Assembly (NCBI GenBank): GCA_965112735.1
Contig: OZ218956.1
Span: 3,534,001-3,598,000, forward strand
Source: Phaeosaccion multiseriatum
Lineage: Eukaryota; Protista; Ochrophyta, other classes
Reading direction: 5' to 3'
Length of the DNA: 64,000 bases
The notes under the pieces were generated by a model. The model saw nothing but the letters and a program-made list of their open reading frames with translations. It had not been told where the DNA came from and ran no database searches. This document shows positions 36,839 to 49,193 of this stretch, one piece after another (the stretch's first letter is position 1; each line of letters starts with the position of its first letter). The translations under genes and the position numbers were made by a program.

Positions 36839-39800
36839 GTGAGTGAGCGACTTGGCACTTGCATAAGACGGACTGTGAAAGGAGAGGAAGAGAACATATG
36901 CACGTACACATATATAGTGCCAAGCTCAAGTGGGTGGGCCCATGTCCAAAGGCGCTTGCTTCGCTACTGTATCATCAACTGCTGGTGCTGCATCAGCTGC
37001 TGGTGCTGCATCAACTGCTGCTATTGTATCACCAACTGTGGCTGTTGCTCCTCACCTGAAAGCCCGATTGGAGACACATACGAAGCGAATTGACCTGCTT
37101 CGCCTTTGCCCAGCTGCAGAGAGGAGAGGAGAGGAGAGGAGAGGAGGAGGTACCATCAGACAGGCTGGACAGCAGCAGTCGCTTCGAGTGGTGTGGCAAG
37201 CATGGCTCTTCTCTTCTCTTCTCTTCCCTTCCCTTCTCTTCCTTTCCGTTCCTTTCCTTCCCTTCCCCTCCCCTCCCTCTCCCCACCCTCTGCCATTAAG
37301 GAGGATTGGCCCACCCCAAGCACCAATTAAGGCATACCCTATACCTTTACCTTACCCTACTCTACCCTACCCTACCCTTCCATTCCCTACCGTACCCACC
37401 TGTCCACACAGAGAGTCCCGTTAACGAGGGTCACCTCTGTCTCCTCGGGGGGAGCATCCTCTGCCAAGGCGCTGTACAGCTCTCTGAAGGTGCGTCTCTG
37501 CCGCTTCCTGCTCTCCTTGCTCATGCGCTTGCTTGACTCGTTGCCCATCAGCTGGTCAGGCAGAGAGGTCGGACAGGGGTCAGTGTAAGTGGTGATGCAG
37601 TCAGTGGTGATGTAGCAGGTGGTGATACAAAAAGTGGTCAGGGAGTGGTAGATGAGAGAGACACAAGGGAATAAGAATAGAACACTCACACGTTCTTCCC
37701 CTCCTCCCCCTCCTCCATACGTCAATTAAACTGCCCCTCCCCCTATGATATGTCCTTTCTCTCCTGCTCTCTCCTCTCCTCTCTCTCATGTTCTCTCCTC
37801 CTCCTCCTCCTCCTCCTCCTCCTCCTCCTCCTCCTCCTCCTCCTCCTCTCTCTTCCCCCTGCTTGCCTACCTGCATCGCAAAGGTCACCTCATCCCACAA
37901 CCCCTGAATCTCTTCATCATCCTCGTGGTGCAGCCCTGTCTCTGTCCGGCACTCGTGCAGCAGAGCAATGTTCTCTCCTGCCGCCATGCGCACTCCCAAG
38001 TGAGGACCTGTGGGGGGGTGGTGATTCGCATGCACACGCACACGCACACGCACGCACGCACACACGCACACACGCACACACGCACACACGCACACACGCA
38101 CCCGACAGACAGAGACAGAGACAGAGACAGAGACAGAGACAATGGACGAGTAAGAGTGGGGTGCGCGTGTGTGTGTGGAGAAAGAGCACTCACGTACTGC
38201 CTCACTGCCTCACTGCCTCACTGCCTCACTGCCTCACTGCCTCACTGCCGGCAAGGCAAGGCATGAACGGTGTTAGACAAATTGGCGCAGGAGCGAGAAA
38301 GGGATCTCTCTCTCCCTCCCTCCCTCCCTCCCTCCCTCCCTCCCTCCCTCCCTCTCTCCCTCCCTCCCTCCCCCCCTCCCTCCTTCCCTCCCTCCCTCCC
38401 TCCCTCCCTCCCTCCCTCCCCCCCCCCCCTCCTCCTCCTCCCTCCCTCCCTCCCTCCCTCCCTCTCCGACCACGTACTTCGAAGGGAAGTAGCAAACTCC
38501 CCCAGACAATCCTCCACCCCGTGGAAGGCCACCCACTTGGGCGGTAGAGATGAAGCGAGCAGCCCCCAAGCCTGCAGGGCGGCGGCCGCCAGGTCCGATG
38601 GCACTGGAAGGCCCTCACTCGTGCCTCCAAACACGCTGCGGAGACGGGGCGGGGTAGGAAAGGATTCAGAAGACGGGGTAGTGTGGGTGTGTGAGTGTGT
38701 GGGTGTGTGTGTGTGTATGTGGGTGTGTGTGTGTGGGTGCGTGCGTGTGGGGGGCGGGGGTCAGTGAGGGTTGAAGGGCAACGCAACAGAGGAGAGGGGT
38801 GGGGGGCAGGAGAGGGAGAGGAAAGGAATGTCGGCGAAGGATGAAAGAAGAGAAGAGCATAGAGCACGGAGGGCAAGGAGGTTAATCAACGTACATCCAC
38901 TGCCATCTACACCCAGTCCTATACCATTAATCCATTGCCACCCACTGCCACCCTCCCTCCCTCCCTCTCCCCCTCCCTCCCTCCCTCACTCACTCACTCA
39001 CTCACTCACTCACTCACCCGGAGAGGAAGTCCAGCGCCTCCTTGGTTGATCCCTCGTCCGTGCTGCAGATGAAGATCACAATGGCCAGCGCGTGCACCGC
39101 ACCGACCCGCACATGCGAGTGCTTGCAGCTGCGGATCAGCTGTGTACATACCACAGAGAGCCACGCACGCGCGCACGCACGTACACACACGCACACACAC
39201 GCACAAAGGGACAGGGGGAGGGTCGGATCTGCAACGGTTAGATGCTGAATGAGTGCTTGCCTACTTAGCGGGTGAATGAGTGCTTGCCTACTTAGATGCT
39301 GAATGAGTGCTTGCCTACCTGCCTACTGCCAGCATACTTCCCTCCTCTCCCCTCCCTCCCTTCCCCTCCCCTCCTTGGCCTCCCCTCCCCTTCCCTTCCC
39401 TCCTCTCCCCTCCCCTCCCTTCCCCTCCCCTCCCTGCTCTCCCCTCCCCTTCCCTTCCCTCCCCTCCCTTCCCCTCCCTCCTCGCCCCTCCCTCCCCCCT
39501 TTCCTCCCCTCCCCTCCCCTGCCTCACCCTATAAAGTCTTTTGGTGAAGCTCTCGCTAAGCTCATCCTCATCCGCCCCCAGCAGCACGCACAGCACCGCC
39601 ACCGCCCTCGTCGCCAGCACCCCCTCTGCAGGGCCCGGGCTGCGCAAGATGCTTATCAGAGACGATTCCAGCGTCTCCTGGGGGCCGGGGGGGAGGGGAA
39701 GGGGGGTTGATGAATATAAGTTTGAGTTTGAGTTTCATTTGAGTTTGAGTGCCAAGTCTACGTGTCCACTCCAGCGCGGTGGGAGGGCGTAGGTGGGAGG

Positions 39801-40595
39801 TGTGAGGTGTGAGGTGTGAGGTGTGAGGTGTGAGGTGTGAGGTGTGAGGGGTGAGGTGTGAGGTGTGAGGTGTGAGGTGTGAGGTGCAGTCAGTGGGGCA
39901 TCGACATGTATACATGCAGAGATAAGCTTGGGCACCTACAACGCCGAATGGCCCCCAACCCTCCCCGCACTCCCCCTTTACACGCGCTACTCAGCAGCGT
40001 ACTCAATCTCGACCTTGGGTCAAGACAATGTCCATGTCGATATTCAAAGCCAAGAAACTGAAACTGAAGCTGCACCCATCGTACCTGTGAGGACAGGATG
40101 GGCTGCACGTCGATGGCGTGGAGCATGAGCGAAGTGACCTTGGTCAAGCCCCTCTCACGAGTTGACTCCCTGCAGAGGGCAGAGGAGGGGCGCAGGCAGA
40201 GGGGTTGTCAAGCCACGGGAGGAATGGAGAGAGAGAGAGATAGAAAGAGAGAGAAAGGGATAGAGAAAGGAGAGAAGGGGGGAGAGAGAAGATCCTTCTG
40301 CTGCACCTCCACCTCCACCACCTCCTCCACCGCCACCACCTCACCTCTTCTCCCCCACAAGGTCTACGGCGTCGGCGAAGTCGTTCGAGTCAACGTCCGT
40401 CCCCGCCCCTCTCTCCGCTGCGCCGTCGTCTTCATCCTCCTCCTCGTACTGTGGGTATGCGTGCGTGCGTGGGTGCGTGCGTGGGTTTGCGTGTGTGTGC
40501 GTGCGTTTGCGTGTGTATTTATGCGGCAAGATGTGTGGAAGTCGCGGACGTTGTGGAGCGGTAGCGCATGCGATGGTGAGGGAGGCAGACCGACA

Positions 40596-40642
<47 letters not shown>

Positions 40643-40644
40643 TG

Positions 40645-40731
<87 letters not shown>

Positions 40732-41523
40732 TACCAGTGTGAGTGCTAGTGCTTGGGGGGAGAGGCGCGGAAGGAAAGCGACTATTAATCCCCCCCCCCC
40801 TCCATGCCAACCCCACTCACAGTCACTCACCATGCCTCCCATCCCGCTTCCCCAAGTGGACACTGCTCCGCCCAGCCTGGCCAGAGCTCGGTCACTGTCA
40901 GTCGTCTCCAGACTGATTACCGAGCTGGCGTCTTCGCGGTCGCTGGCTGCTCCTGCTATCGGGCAGGGCAGGATGCAGAGCACCAAGGAGCACCAAAGGG
41001 AAAGAAGGGGGGTTGTGAGGGTTGGAGCAGCTTCTACTCGAACTTCAATGACACGTACGTAGCAAAACCTCAGCAGAGTTCAGGTAAATGGGGGGGAAGG
41101 GTTGGTTGATGAATGGTCGGCTATGCATCCTCCCACAAGTGTTGGACCTCCCTGTAATCACGCAAGCGCCCACTACATGCGAGTAATTACCTATAGAAGA
41201 AGCACCGGCTCCTGCACCAGCTTCCTTTTCTCTCTTCCCTCCCCTCTGTGCCCCCCCCGTTGCCCCTCCTCGCTCTGCGACGGACGCAGCAGTACAGGGG
41301 AAGAGAAGGGGGTGTACGAGGGACGAGGATTACGAACGGGGCTATGCGAGGGTCGAGCAAGAGGGTAGAAGAGAGGGAGAAAACGCACCCAAACGAAAGA
41401 AGACACGACAACATAGTTGCACCGACCGCGGTGACACTCGACGGCGGTGCACTCGCAATTTCCCACCATTGTAGCAAACAGAAGCAGCATTAGCAACAGC
41501 CGAGACTCACTTGTACGCGCCAT
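36290..41523 (-). CDS. Interferon-related developmental regulator (IFRD1/IFRD2 family) homolog, multi-exon
   Basis: Exons encode [10 protein letters not shown]|[81 protein letters not shown] and [13 protein letters not shown]. These are the characteristic IFRD blocks in the expected order. The start is MART|K (41523) and the predicted last exon ends with TAG at 36290. Confidence 0.88.
40596..40731. repeat. (GACA)n microsatellite, intronic
   Basis: Seen directly. Confidence 0.95.
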
Positions 41524-42331
41524 GGTGCAGCGCAGCAGACAAAAATCTCGATAGAGCGGGCGTTGACACCAATGAAGCCTGTGTCGAGCTCTTCTTTTCG
41601 GGAAAACTGGCCCACCTCTGGACGGTTTCTCGCCGTGCTAACAAGTCTTGGAAGTCTGTCCGAGTATCCTTCCAACTCCCCCCGCACAGCCCCCTCCTGT
41701 CTTCAATTGTTGTTTCAATTAATTATTTTGTAAACTTGCCCGTGTGGTGGGGGGGGGGCGGCTGAAACTCATATTCCTCTTTTGTTTTTTCTTCCCCCCC
41801 TTTACTTTTTGGTATCTCACTCACAAAGTCACAGACCTCCTCCCCTCCGGTTCCCCTCCGGTGAGGCTCTTCTTTGTAACAAGACTATATATAAACGGGA
41901 GAGTGATAAAGCTATAAAGAGCGACTTCGGGGCTCTTCCTCTCTAAACCAAGAGGAGCTGGACAAGCTGCGCCTTCCAAGTGAGGGGGGAGGGAGGGAGG
42001 GACAGAGAGCCGTTCTCTCTCCGGTCCCCTGCCCCACTGCCGCCGTTTGGACACATGGCCCCAACCCCGCTCTTTGCCCCTCCCATCTTAAACCGCCCAG
42101 TCGCCTTTCCTCTACCTCTCCCCCTCCTCCTCCTCCTCCTCGTACTCCGCTGTCCTCCCTCCCTTCCCACTCCCCCCTCCCCGCCCCCTCGCTTCCCGCC
42201 CATCGAGACTGAAGGCAACAAGCAGGCAAGCCTAGGCTCCCCACTCGCCCAAGTAAACGAATATGCCCATATACCCACGGTATCAATGCGATGGCCCTAC
42301 GTCCTTCGCCGCCCCCCCCCCATTCTTGGAC

Positions 42332-42439
42332 TCAGAAGGTGTTGACCGTCTGTGACTCCTTCCTCTCCATGATCACGGGCACGTTGCGTCCGTCTCCTTG
42401 GCACATGAGACATTCGAGCACTCTGGTAACGGGAAGCAG

Positions 42440-42485
<46 letters not shown>

Positions 42486-44763
42486 CGAAAGAGCAGTAGG
42501 TTAGTAAAACACGTCACCCAACGGGAACATGATGTCCTCTCTGCCTCCCCGCCCCGCCCCGCCTCGCTCTCAGGGCTGCCGTCCCGTCCTATCCATCGTC
42601 GATCTTGGGAGGACATAGAGGCATACACGGGCATACGGCCAAGCTTCAAAGTGATCACATACGGCCAAGCTTCAAAGTGATCACACGGGAGCGTGCGGCT
42701 TGTGTCCGGCCGTGACCAGGACGACAGGAGTGACATGAGGAAGAGACGCCCCAAGTAGGCCCCCACCAGGAGGGCCCCCACCAGGAGGACACACACAGAC
42801 AGGCAAACAAGCAAGCGAGCAAGCAAGCAAGCACATGACTCCCTTTCTCCTACCGCTCCCTCCCTCCCTCCCACCCACCCCTTCCTCCCTCTCTCCCTAC
42901 CTACCTTCCTCCCTCCCTCCCTCCTTCCCTCCCTCCTTCCCTCCCTCCCCTCCCCTCCCTCCCACCCCACTCTCCCTCCCTCCCTCCCTCCCTCCCTCCC
43001 GTTCCTGCCTCCCTCACTCACCGCTTCCCTTCGCAGCACTTGCAGGGGATGCTAATGGTGAGCTTACTCTTCTTGTCCTTCATGAGCACCACGCCTGTCG
43101 AGTAGCACACTCCGCAGGGCATCGTTCCGCGGCCCATACAATATGGACAAGACATTCGCTGTGGAGAGGTGGGGAGACCGCACAGGTCAGGACAGGATAG
43201 GGAAGAAGGAAGGAGGGGGGAAGAGGGGCATGGCGGGGATCAATCAATCGAGCGGACAACAGACGAGGGGTTGAGCGCAACAAGTTAGTTGACAAGTGCC
43301 TTCTGGAGTCAGACAACACAAGAGAAGGCCACAGAATGTATGGCAAGGGCCGATGACCTCTCTGCTCTCCTTCCTCCCTCCTATCCCCAACAGGTCCTTG
43401 GTGTCAGGTGGTTGGTTGGCAAGCAAGCCCGAGCCCAAGTCTATACACACCGCGCTGGCTTGAGGCAGGTCAAGCACTGACCCGCTGACCCACCTCGTCC
43501 CCCAGGGCCAACTCACTCACTTCTCCACTCACTCACTGAACCAGTCAACCACTCAACTCCCTCACTCCCTCACTCACCCACTCACTCCCTCTCTCTCTCT
43601 CTCTCTTGCCCGCTCGCTCACTCACTCACTCACTCACTCACTCACTCAACTCCCTCACTGAACCACTCAACTCACCCACTTAACTCATTCACTCACTCAT
43701 TCGCTCACTCAATCATTCACTCACTCACTCATTGGCTGACTGAATGACCGACTGACTCAACTCCCTCCCTCACTCCCTCATCCGCTGACTCTCTCACTCA
43801 CTCATCCACTGACTCTCTCACTCACCTGTGCTATCTTCTGCTTCCTGACCTCGTACGCCACAAGCGTGCCAAGCACTCCGACGGCGCCTCCCGCAAAGGC
43901 GCAGAACAATTCGGTAAAGAAGTCAACGTTCGAGCTCAACCCCGCCACTACCTCAGGCTCCATATTCAGTGCCGTTGGGGCTCTACTCCTGCTGCTGCCA
44001 CTCGGACTCCTGCTGCTGCCACTACCGCTCCTGCTTAAACTGTCTATGCTGCCGCTGCTGCTTCTGCAACCGGTAGCCGCTATTACCCCCCCCAGTCCCT
44101 GCTGCTGCCTCGCACCCCATAGTGCTGTCCCTCCTCTCCCTCCTCCTCCTCCTACTACTCGTCCTACTCCTTCTTCAGAGACCCGAAGTGTCATCCCGTC
44201 GTCAGTCAGGTGAGCCGGGAGCAAGGCAGGCACCCGTTGCCGCCTGCGGTGTTGGGAGGAAGTTGGCAACGGGTAAGTAAGCGAGCACTTGATGGGAAAG
44301 CCCGCGTATTCATGTACGTCAAGAGCAAAGAGAGTTTGATTGCTCTGCCTTCCGAGGAAGCAAGCACTTCCCACACTGTTGGTTACATCCAACTGGCCCC
44401 CATCAAAGGACACACACGTTGCATAGTAGCTTCCTCTCCCTCTATCCAGCTCCAGCATCTGCACAGCCTCTCCCCAACTCCAACCAAACAGCAGCCAACG
44501 GGCTGCGTCCAAGGGTCTTCTAAGGCAGGCCACGCACACGGCACCTTACATTCTTACCGTTTGTTTGTCTTACTCCTCCCGCTCTTCCCGTTCGAGTGCT
44601 GTTGCTGCTGCTGCTGCTGCTCGTGGCCCGCCCAGCACATAGAGGAGAGAGTGGCAGCGAATGGAGGGGAAACGAATGCCTGCACAAATGACCCTACGCT
44701 CAAGCTCGAGACATGAATCAAGAACACCACTATTGCCAACGCGACAGCCGAAGAGCGGCCCAT
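42332..44763 (-). CDS. ORANGE-like plastid DnaJ-type zinc-finger protein
   Basis: Bipartite leader MGRSSAVALAIVVFLIHVSSLSVGSFVQA-FVSPP. ELFCAFAGGAVGVLGTLVAYEVRKQKI resembles plant OR (FSGGAVGVISALMVVE). Zinc-finger motifs are CPYCMGRG, CGVCYSTG, CKCCEGKR (exon 43160-43022) and CLMCQGDG (exon from 42423). The 3' end is tentative. Confidence 0.78.
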
Positions 44764-45232
44764 CCTTGTTGATTCCAACCAAGACGCACGGCCCTGTGCT
44801 GGAGTAGCAGCAGGATCCCTTTCTTCTTGCCGCCCTTCGTTGCAAACCGGCTGCTCCGCCTCAAAATTAAAGCACGCGTAATCTTCAAAACACTCTTCTA
44901 TTGCTGCTACTGCTCCCCGTAGTGCAGCTTTGGCTTCTGATTCATGCCCACACGTACCTAGACGTACCAATCAAAAACTTACGTAACGAAAAGTAAGGAG
45001 CTCCTCGGATCGATGGATTATCGATTGCTCAATTCTCCATCCCCTCCACCTCTTTCTCTCTGCCTGAACACAGCAAGAAGGGCGGGAATGGTTCAGTAGG
45101 AGAGGTGTGAGGAGTCGACGAGTGCAGCAACCCTGATTTTACGTCTTCCCCGGTCAGAGAGTCCTCTTGGTGTGAGTCGGCTTGGGCCGAAGCCAGGCAA
45201 AAAGCGCGGGGGCGGTCTAGGGGCAGAGCATC
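44764..45232. promoter_or_regulatory. Putative bidirectional promoter (ORANGE-like / Rab) with TTACGTAA palindrome
   Basis: Divergent ATGs at 44763 and 45233. TTACGTAA is at 44979-44986, with further ACGTA cores at ~44952 and ~44962. Confidence 0.45.
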
Positions 45233-48200
45233 ATGCCCGCTGCTTCTTCAGCAGCTCTGGACTACGACCAGGTACGGGAAATAGTAGAGATATCAAGGCG
45301 GGGGGAACGGGGGGGGGCTTGGACCGCAGGGTGCCCGATGGAGGAAAGGGCGTTGGATGAGAGGGGACAAGCCCCTCCACGTATGCTCAACGCGACTCTC
45401 TTCTAGCCCACTGCCCGCCGCTCACCCTCTTTCCAACCTTTCCCAACCCTCTGGTCTTGTCTCTTGCTGGCGGGGTCTCGCAGCTATATAAGGTGCGTCA
45501 TGGCAGTGTTCTATGGCATCGTTTGGCGACTGCTCCCGCCTGGCCCTAGGCCGCTTCTCTCACAGAGAACGATACAACAGCGCGGCTCAGGGGGCAGCAG
45601 CTTCAGGATCAGGGTCGGAAGGGCAGAAGTGATGGAAGAGGACTGTGGGTTTTTGTTTGGGCAGTGATTATAAAATCGTCGCTGAAATCTGTAGCCCCCC
45701 CTGCTGCACCTTCGTGGTGTGCCAAGGAGCGATGTAGATTGATGTGTATATTATGTATGAGCCTAGGCATGTTTCGCGGGAGGAGTAATAGAGTTTTAGC
45801 AGCAAGGGATAGCGTAGAGTAGCGTATTGGCAGTGATTATAGAAATCGTCGCTGAAAGCTCTGCAGTCCTCTCTACAGGAGGGCCATGTAGATTGATGTG
45901 TACATTTTATGAGCCGTAAGCGGGGAAAGCGAACATAGCTTTCCTTCCAGCTATTGTAACCATAGGGACAAGGACAAGTAGAGAGACGGGGCACCTTCCT
46001 TCCTGACACTCTGCACCCCCCCTCCTCCCCTGTTTTCCTCTACCCTCCGCCTGCCGCGCGCTTATTGTCGTGTCCCCTCAGATTGTTCTAGTGGGCGATG
46101 CGGCAGTCGGTGAGTGAGTGGGCCAATGCATACCTTCACACCTGCCCCTTGACTTGTGTGCCGTGAGACAGAGGAGGCTTGGAGTCCCACCCACCCACCT
46201 CAGCCCGGAGTCCGTCCGCCTCATTCTGAGCCGTGTCTCACGCACGTTTGCTCGGCTTCCTTCCTTTCCTTCCTTCCTGTCCTTTCCTTCCGTAGCGTGT
46301 ACGCACTCATGCTTCTTTGGTGCTGCTCTTGTACTCTCCACTCGTTGTTTGCTTTCCCTTTCTTAGGCAAAACCAACCTACTGGCTTACTACACAGCAAC
46401 GGTCAGTGAGTGGTTTGGTGAGGGAGTGAGTGAGTGAGAGTGAGTGGGTGGAGGGAGGGAGGGAGAGAGAGAGAGAGCGGGCATCGAATGAACTCTGTTT
46501 TCTGTGGTGACACTTTATTGGCACTCAGCCCTTCCCACCTACTGTACCATCAAGTGCAGCAGCAGCAGCAGCAGCAGCAGCTCCAGCCGTGGCCAGAGCA
46601 TGTGTCCCATCTCCTCCTCGTGGCCCTGTCCCCCCCCTACACCAGCCCCTACTCAGTCTAGGGAGTTGGTGCTTGCCGGTGCGCTCCTTTCGAATCTATA
46701 CCCGTACCCGTAGGCCTCCATACCATTCCTCCCCACTCTATGGTTCCCGGTTCCTCGCAGCCTCTGCACGCATACGTGCACCCATATGCCTCTCTTATGC
46801 CACCCCTTTTCCTCCCCGCTCTGTGCCCATCATACCCGGACCAATATGCCTCCAAATGCACAGGATAAGGCCCCCCGGGCAGACGGCACGGCCCCCTCCT
46901 TCGGCGACACGAAATCGACCATCGGGGTAGAGTTCGCCACCATGATCGTCAACCATCCCAACGGGACACGCATCAAGGCGCAGATCTGGGACACAGGTTA
47001 GTGTAGAGGACAGAGGATGGAGAGGAGGACGAGAGGGGGATGCTGAGGGCGGGCACTCACTCACACTCCCCCTTCCTTCTACTTAACTCTTTCTCTACTC
47101 TGTTCGCTTTGTCTTGACCTCCTTCACCTTCGCTTTCCCACCCGTTCTCACTCACCACCACCCTACTTATCAACCGGCTCCCAACCCTGCCCAACCCTTG
47201 AACCTTCAACACACCCAGCGGGGCAAGAGCGGTACCGGGCCATCACTGCCTCCCACTACAAGCGAGCTGCAGGAGCCCTTCTGGTTTATGACGTCACCAA
47301 CCGCCGCTCCTTCGAGAACGCCAAGAACGTGTGGCTATCAGAGCTCAAGAACAGCGCCGAGAGTGACTCCGCCCTCCTCGACTGCCTCATGCTCGTGGGC
47401 AACAAAACAGGTGGGGTGTGGGTTCAAGTATGGGAGGCTCTTCTCCTCGTCTCTCCTCCTCTTGTCTTCTCTCGCCTCTCTCTTTCTCGTCTCTGTTCTC
47501 CTTCTCCTCTCTCTCCTCCCTCCTCTCCTAACCTCCCCCCCCCCCTCTCTCTTCTGCCTCCCATTCACAGACATTACCAATCGAGTGGCCGTTAAGGCAG
47601 TCGAGCAACAGGCAGCGGCTGACGGCCTCGGCTTACTCTCCAAGAGGTACGTACGTATCGTTGCCTAAGTCACACCACCAAGATACAAGCAACTACTGAT
47701 GGCAGGAGATGGAGATTGCAGCAGCAACGGATGGCACCCGACGACTCTCATCGTGCCTCCCTCCCCCCACACACATGAAGTTCGAAGAGTACTTCTGGGT
47801 CAACGAACTGAAACTTGAAGCAGCAAGAAGCTTACTTTGAGTGAATTATGAATCATCACATTGTTGTGCCCCGACCCACCCGACAGGACGTCTGCTAAAA
47901 CGGGGCTGAACGTGGATGAGGCCTTCGAGTCTCTAATACTCAGGGTGTACGAGCAGGATGGGCTCAATGCGGGAGAGGTGAGCAAGGGGGTGAGGAGGAG
48001 GAGGAGGAGGAGGAGGAGGAGGAGAAGGAGGAGGAGGAGGAGGAGGAGGAATGAGGAGAAGCAGGAGGAGGAGGAATGAGGAGGAGGAGGAGGAGGAGGA
48101 GGAGGAGGAGGACAGGAGAGGGACAATCACACCACAGACGGAGGGAGGGAGGGGGCAGGAGCAGCAGTAGTGGTGATACAGCAACAGCAGCGAGGGTGGG

Positions 48201-48629
48201 GTAGTAGAGCAGTGCTGGAAGCTGTGGGCGTGGCAATGCACCAGGCATACGGGCAGGGAAAGACTCGATGTGGGCGGGCTGCTGTCTCTACCCCATGTCT
48301 CTTCCAATCTCTCGCTGTGTCTGTCTCTCTCTTCATCTTCCTGTCTCTATCTTTCGAGCGGGAGCGTCCCTTTTTGTAGCGGGGCACACCGCCAAGGAAA
48401 GAGCTTCGCGACCCGCGCACGCACGCACAGTCAGCTTATTCGTCTTCCCTCTCTTTTCCACTCTACCCCCCCTCCCTCCTTCTCGCTGCTCTTCCTGTCT
48501 GCTCACCTGCCGGACTCTTGCTTGTCCGAAACGAATCCTGGCCTGCTGGAGTAGAGGGGCACGAGTGGGGGAAAGATCAAGGTTGGGGCCGGTGGCGGCT
48601 CAAGTGCGGACAGCATCGACTGCTGCTGA
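45233..48629 (+). CDS. Rab GTPase, Rab11-like, 9 exons
   Basis: Spliced product: MPAASSAALDYDQ|LYK|IVLVGDAAVG|KTNLL...|[10 protein letters not shown]...KAQIWDT|AGQERYRAIT...LVGNKT|D...|TSAKTGLNVDEAF...|...DSIDCC*. All G1-G5 motifs and the C-terminal CC geranylgeranylation motif are present. Confidence 0.93.
45659..45763 (+). ncRNA. Candidate intronic box C/D snoRNA, copy 1
   Basis: GGC..GCC terminal stem, C-like GTGATTA, D' CTGA, internal hairpin, C'-like TTGATGT and D-like ATGA. It lies in Rab intron 2 on the sense strand. Confidence 0.5.
45829..45915 (+). ncRNA. Candidate intronic box C/D snoRNA, copy 2
   Basis: Same boxes and the same putative guide AAATCGTCG as copy 1, with a different internal hairpin sequence. 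Confidence 0.5.
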
Positions 48630-49193
48630 GCAGTGCTGAGCAGTGGGGACAGCCCCACACGCGTGGAGGCGGCTGCGAAGGAAGGGGGGAGAGCTTGCTC
48701 CCCTCTCTCTCACACGCTATGTACTGCCGCTGATGGAGGATTGACAGCTCAGAGCTGCTGCCCCTCTTGCCTCCTGTGTGCTGTGGCCCTTCCCTTTCAA
48801 GCCAGCAGATTTTTGGCTGTCCTCCTTTAGAGGCTTATTTAGTAGTAGTAGTAGTAATAGTAGTTAATAATAGTAGGAAGAGGGGGGGGGGATAATTGAC
48901 CCCACTGCTCGCCCCCCTGCCCTGTTTTTCCAATACTGGATGGACCAGCCACCACTCCCACACCCTAAGTCGTCGACAATTGAGGGGGGGGGAAACGCTG
49001 CCACCGGCTGCCATCGGAAGCCGGGCACACAGACGCGTCGGCTTTTTAATTATGAAGCTCTACTTGTGTGGTAGGTTGCGTCAGGAGATCCTTGGACTCG
49101 AGGTATCGCTGGAGAAATAAAGCTGTATGTATCCACGTCCATTGGGGCGGAACCAGGTGCGGAGAAGGAGCAGGGGGGGGAGGGGTTGGAGGG

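Noticed and set aside
39799-39886. (GTGTGAG)n as interstitial telomere (also (CCCTCA)n near 32160-32230)
   Set aside because: Neither matches TTAGGG or TTTAGGG, and both are ordinary intronic satellites.
41191-41523. 110-aa ORF with apparent signal peptide ([21 protein letters not shown])
   Set aside because: A strong GTGAGT donor after codon 4 splices in frame into the IFRD exons, so the hydrophobic run is intronic.
42631-42684. 26-bp direct duplication in the ORANGE-like intron as a TE footprint
   Set aside because: The copies are adjacent, with no intervening element or terminal repeats.
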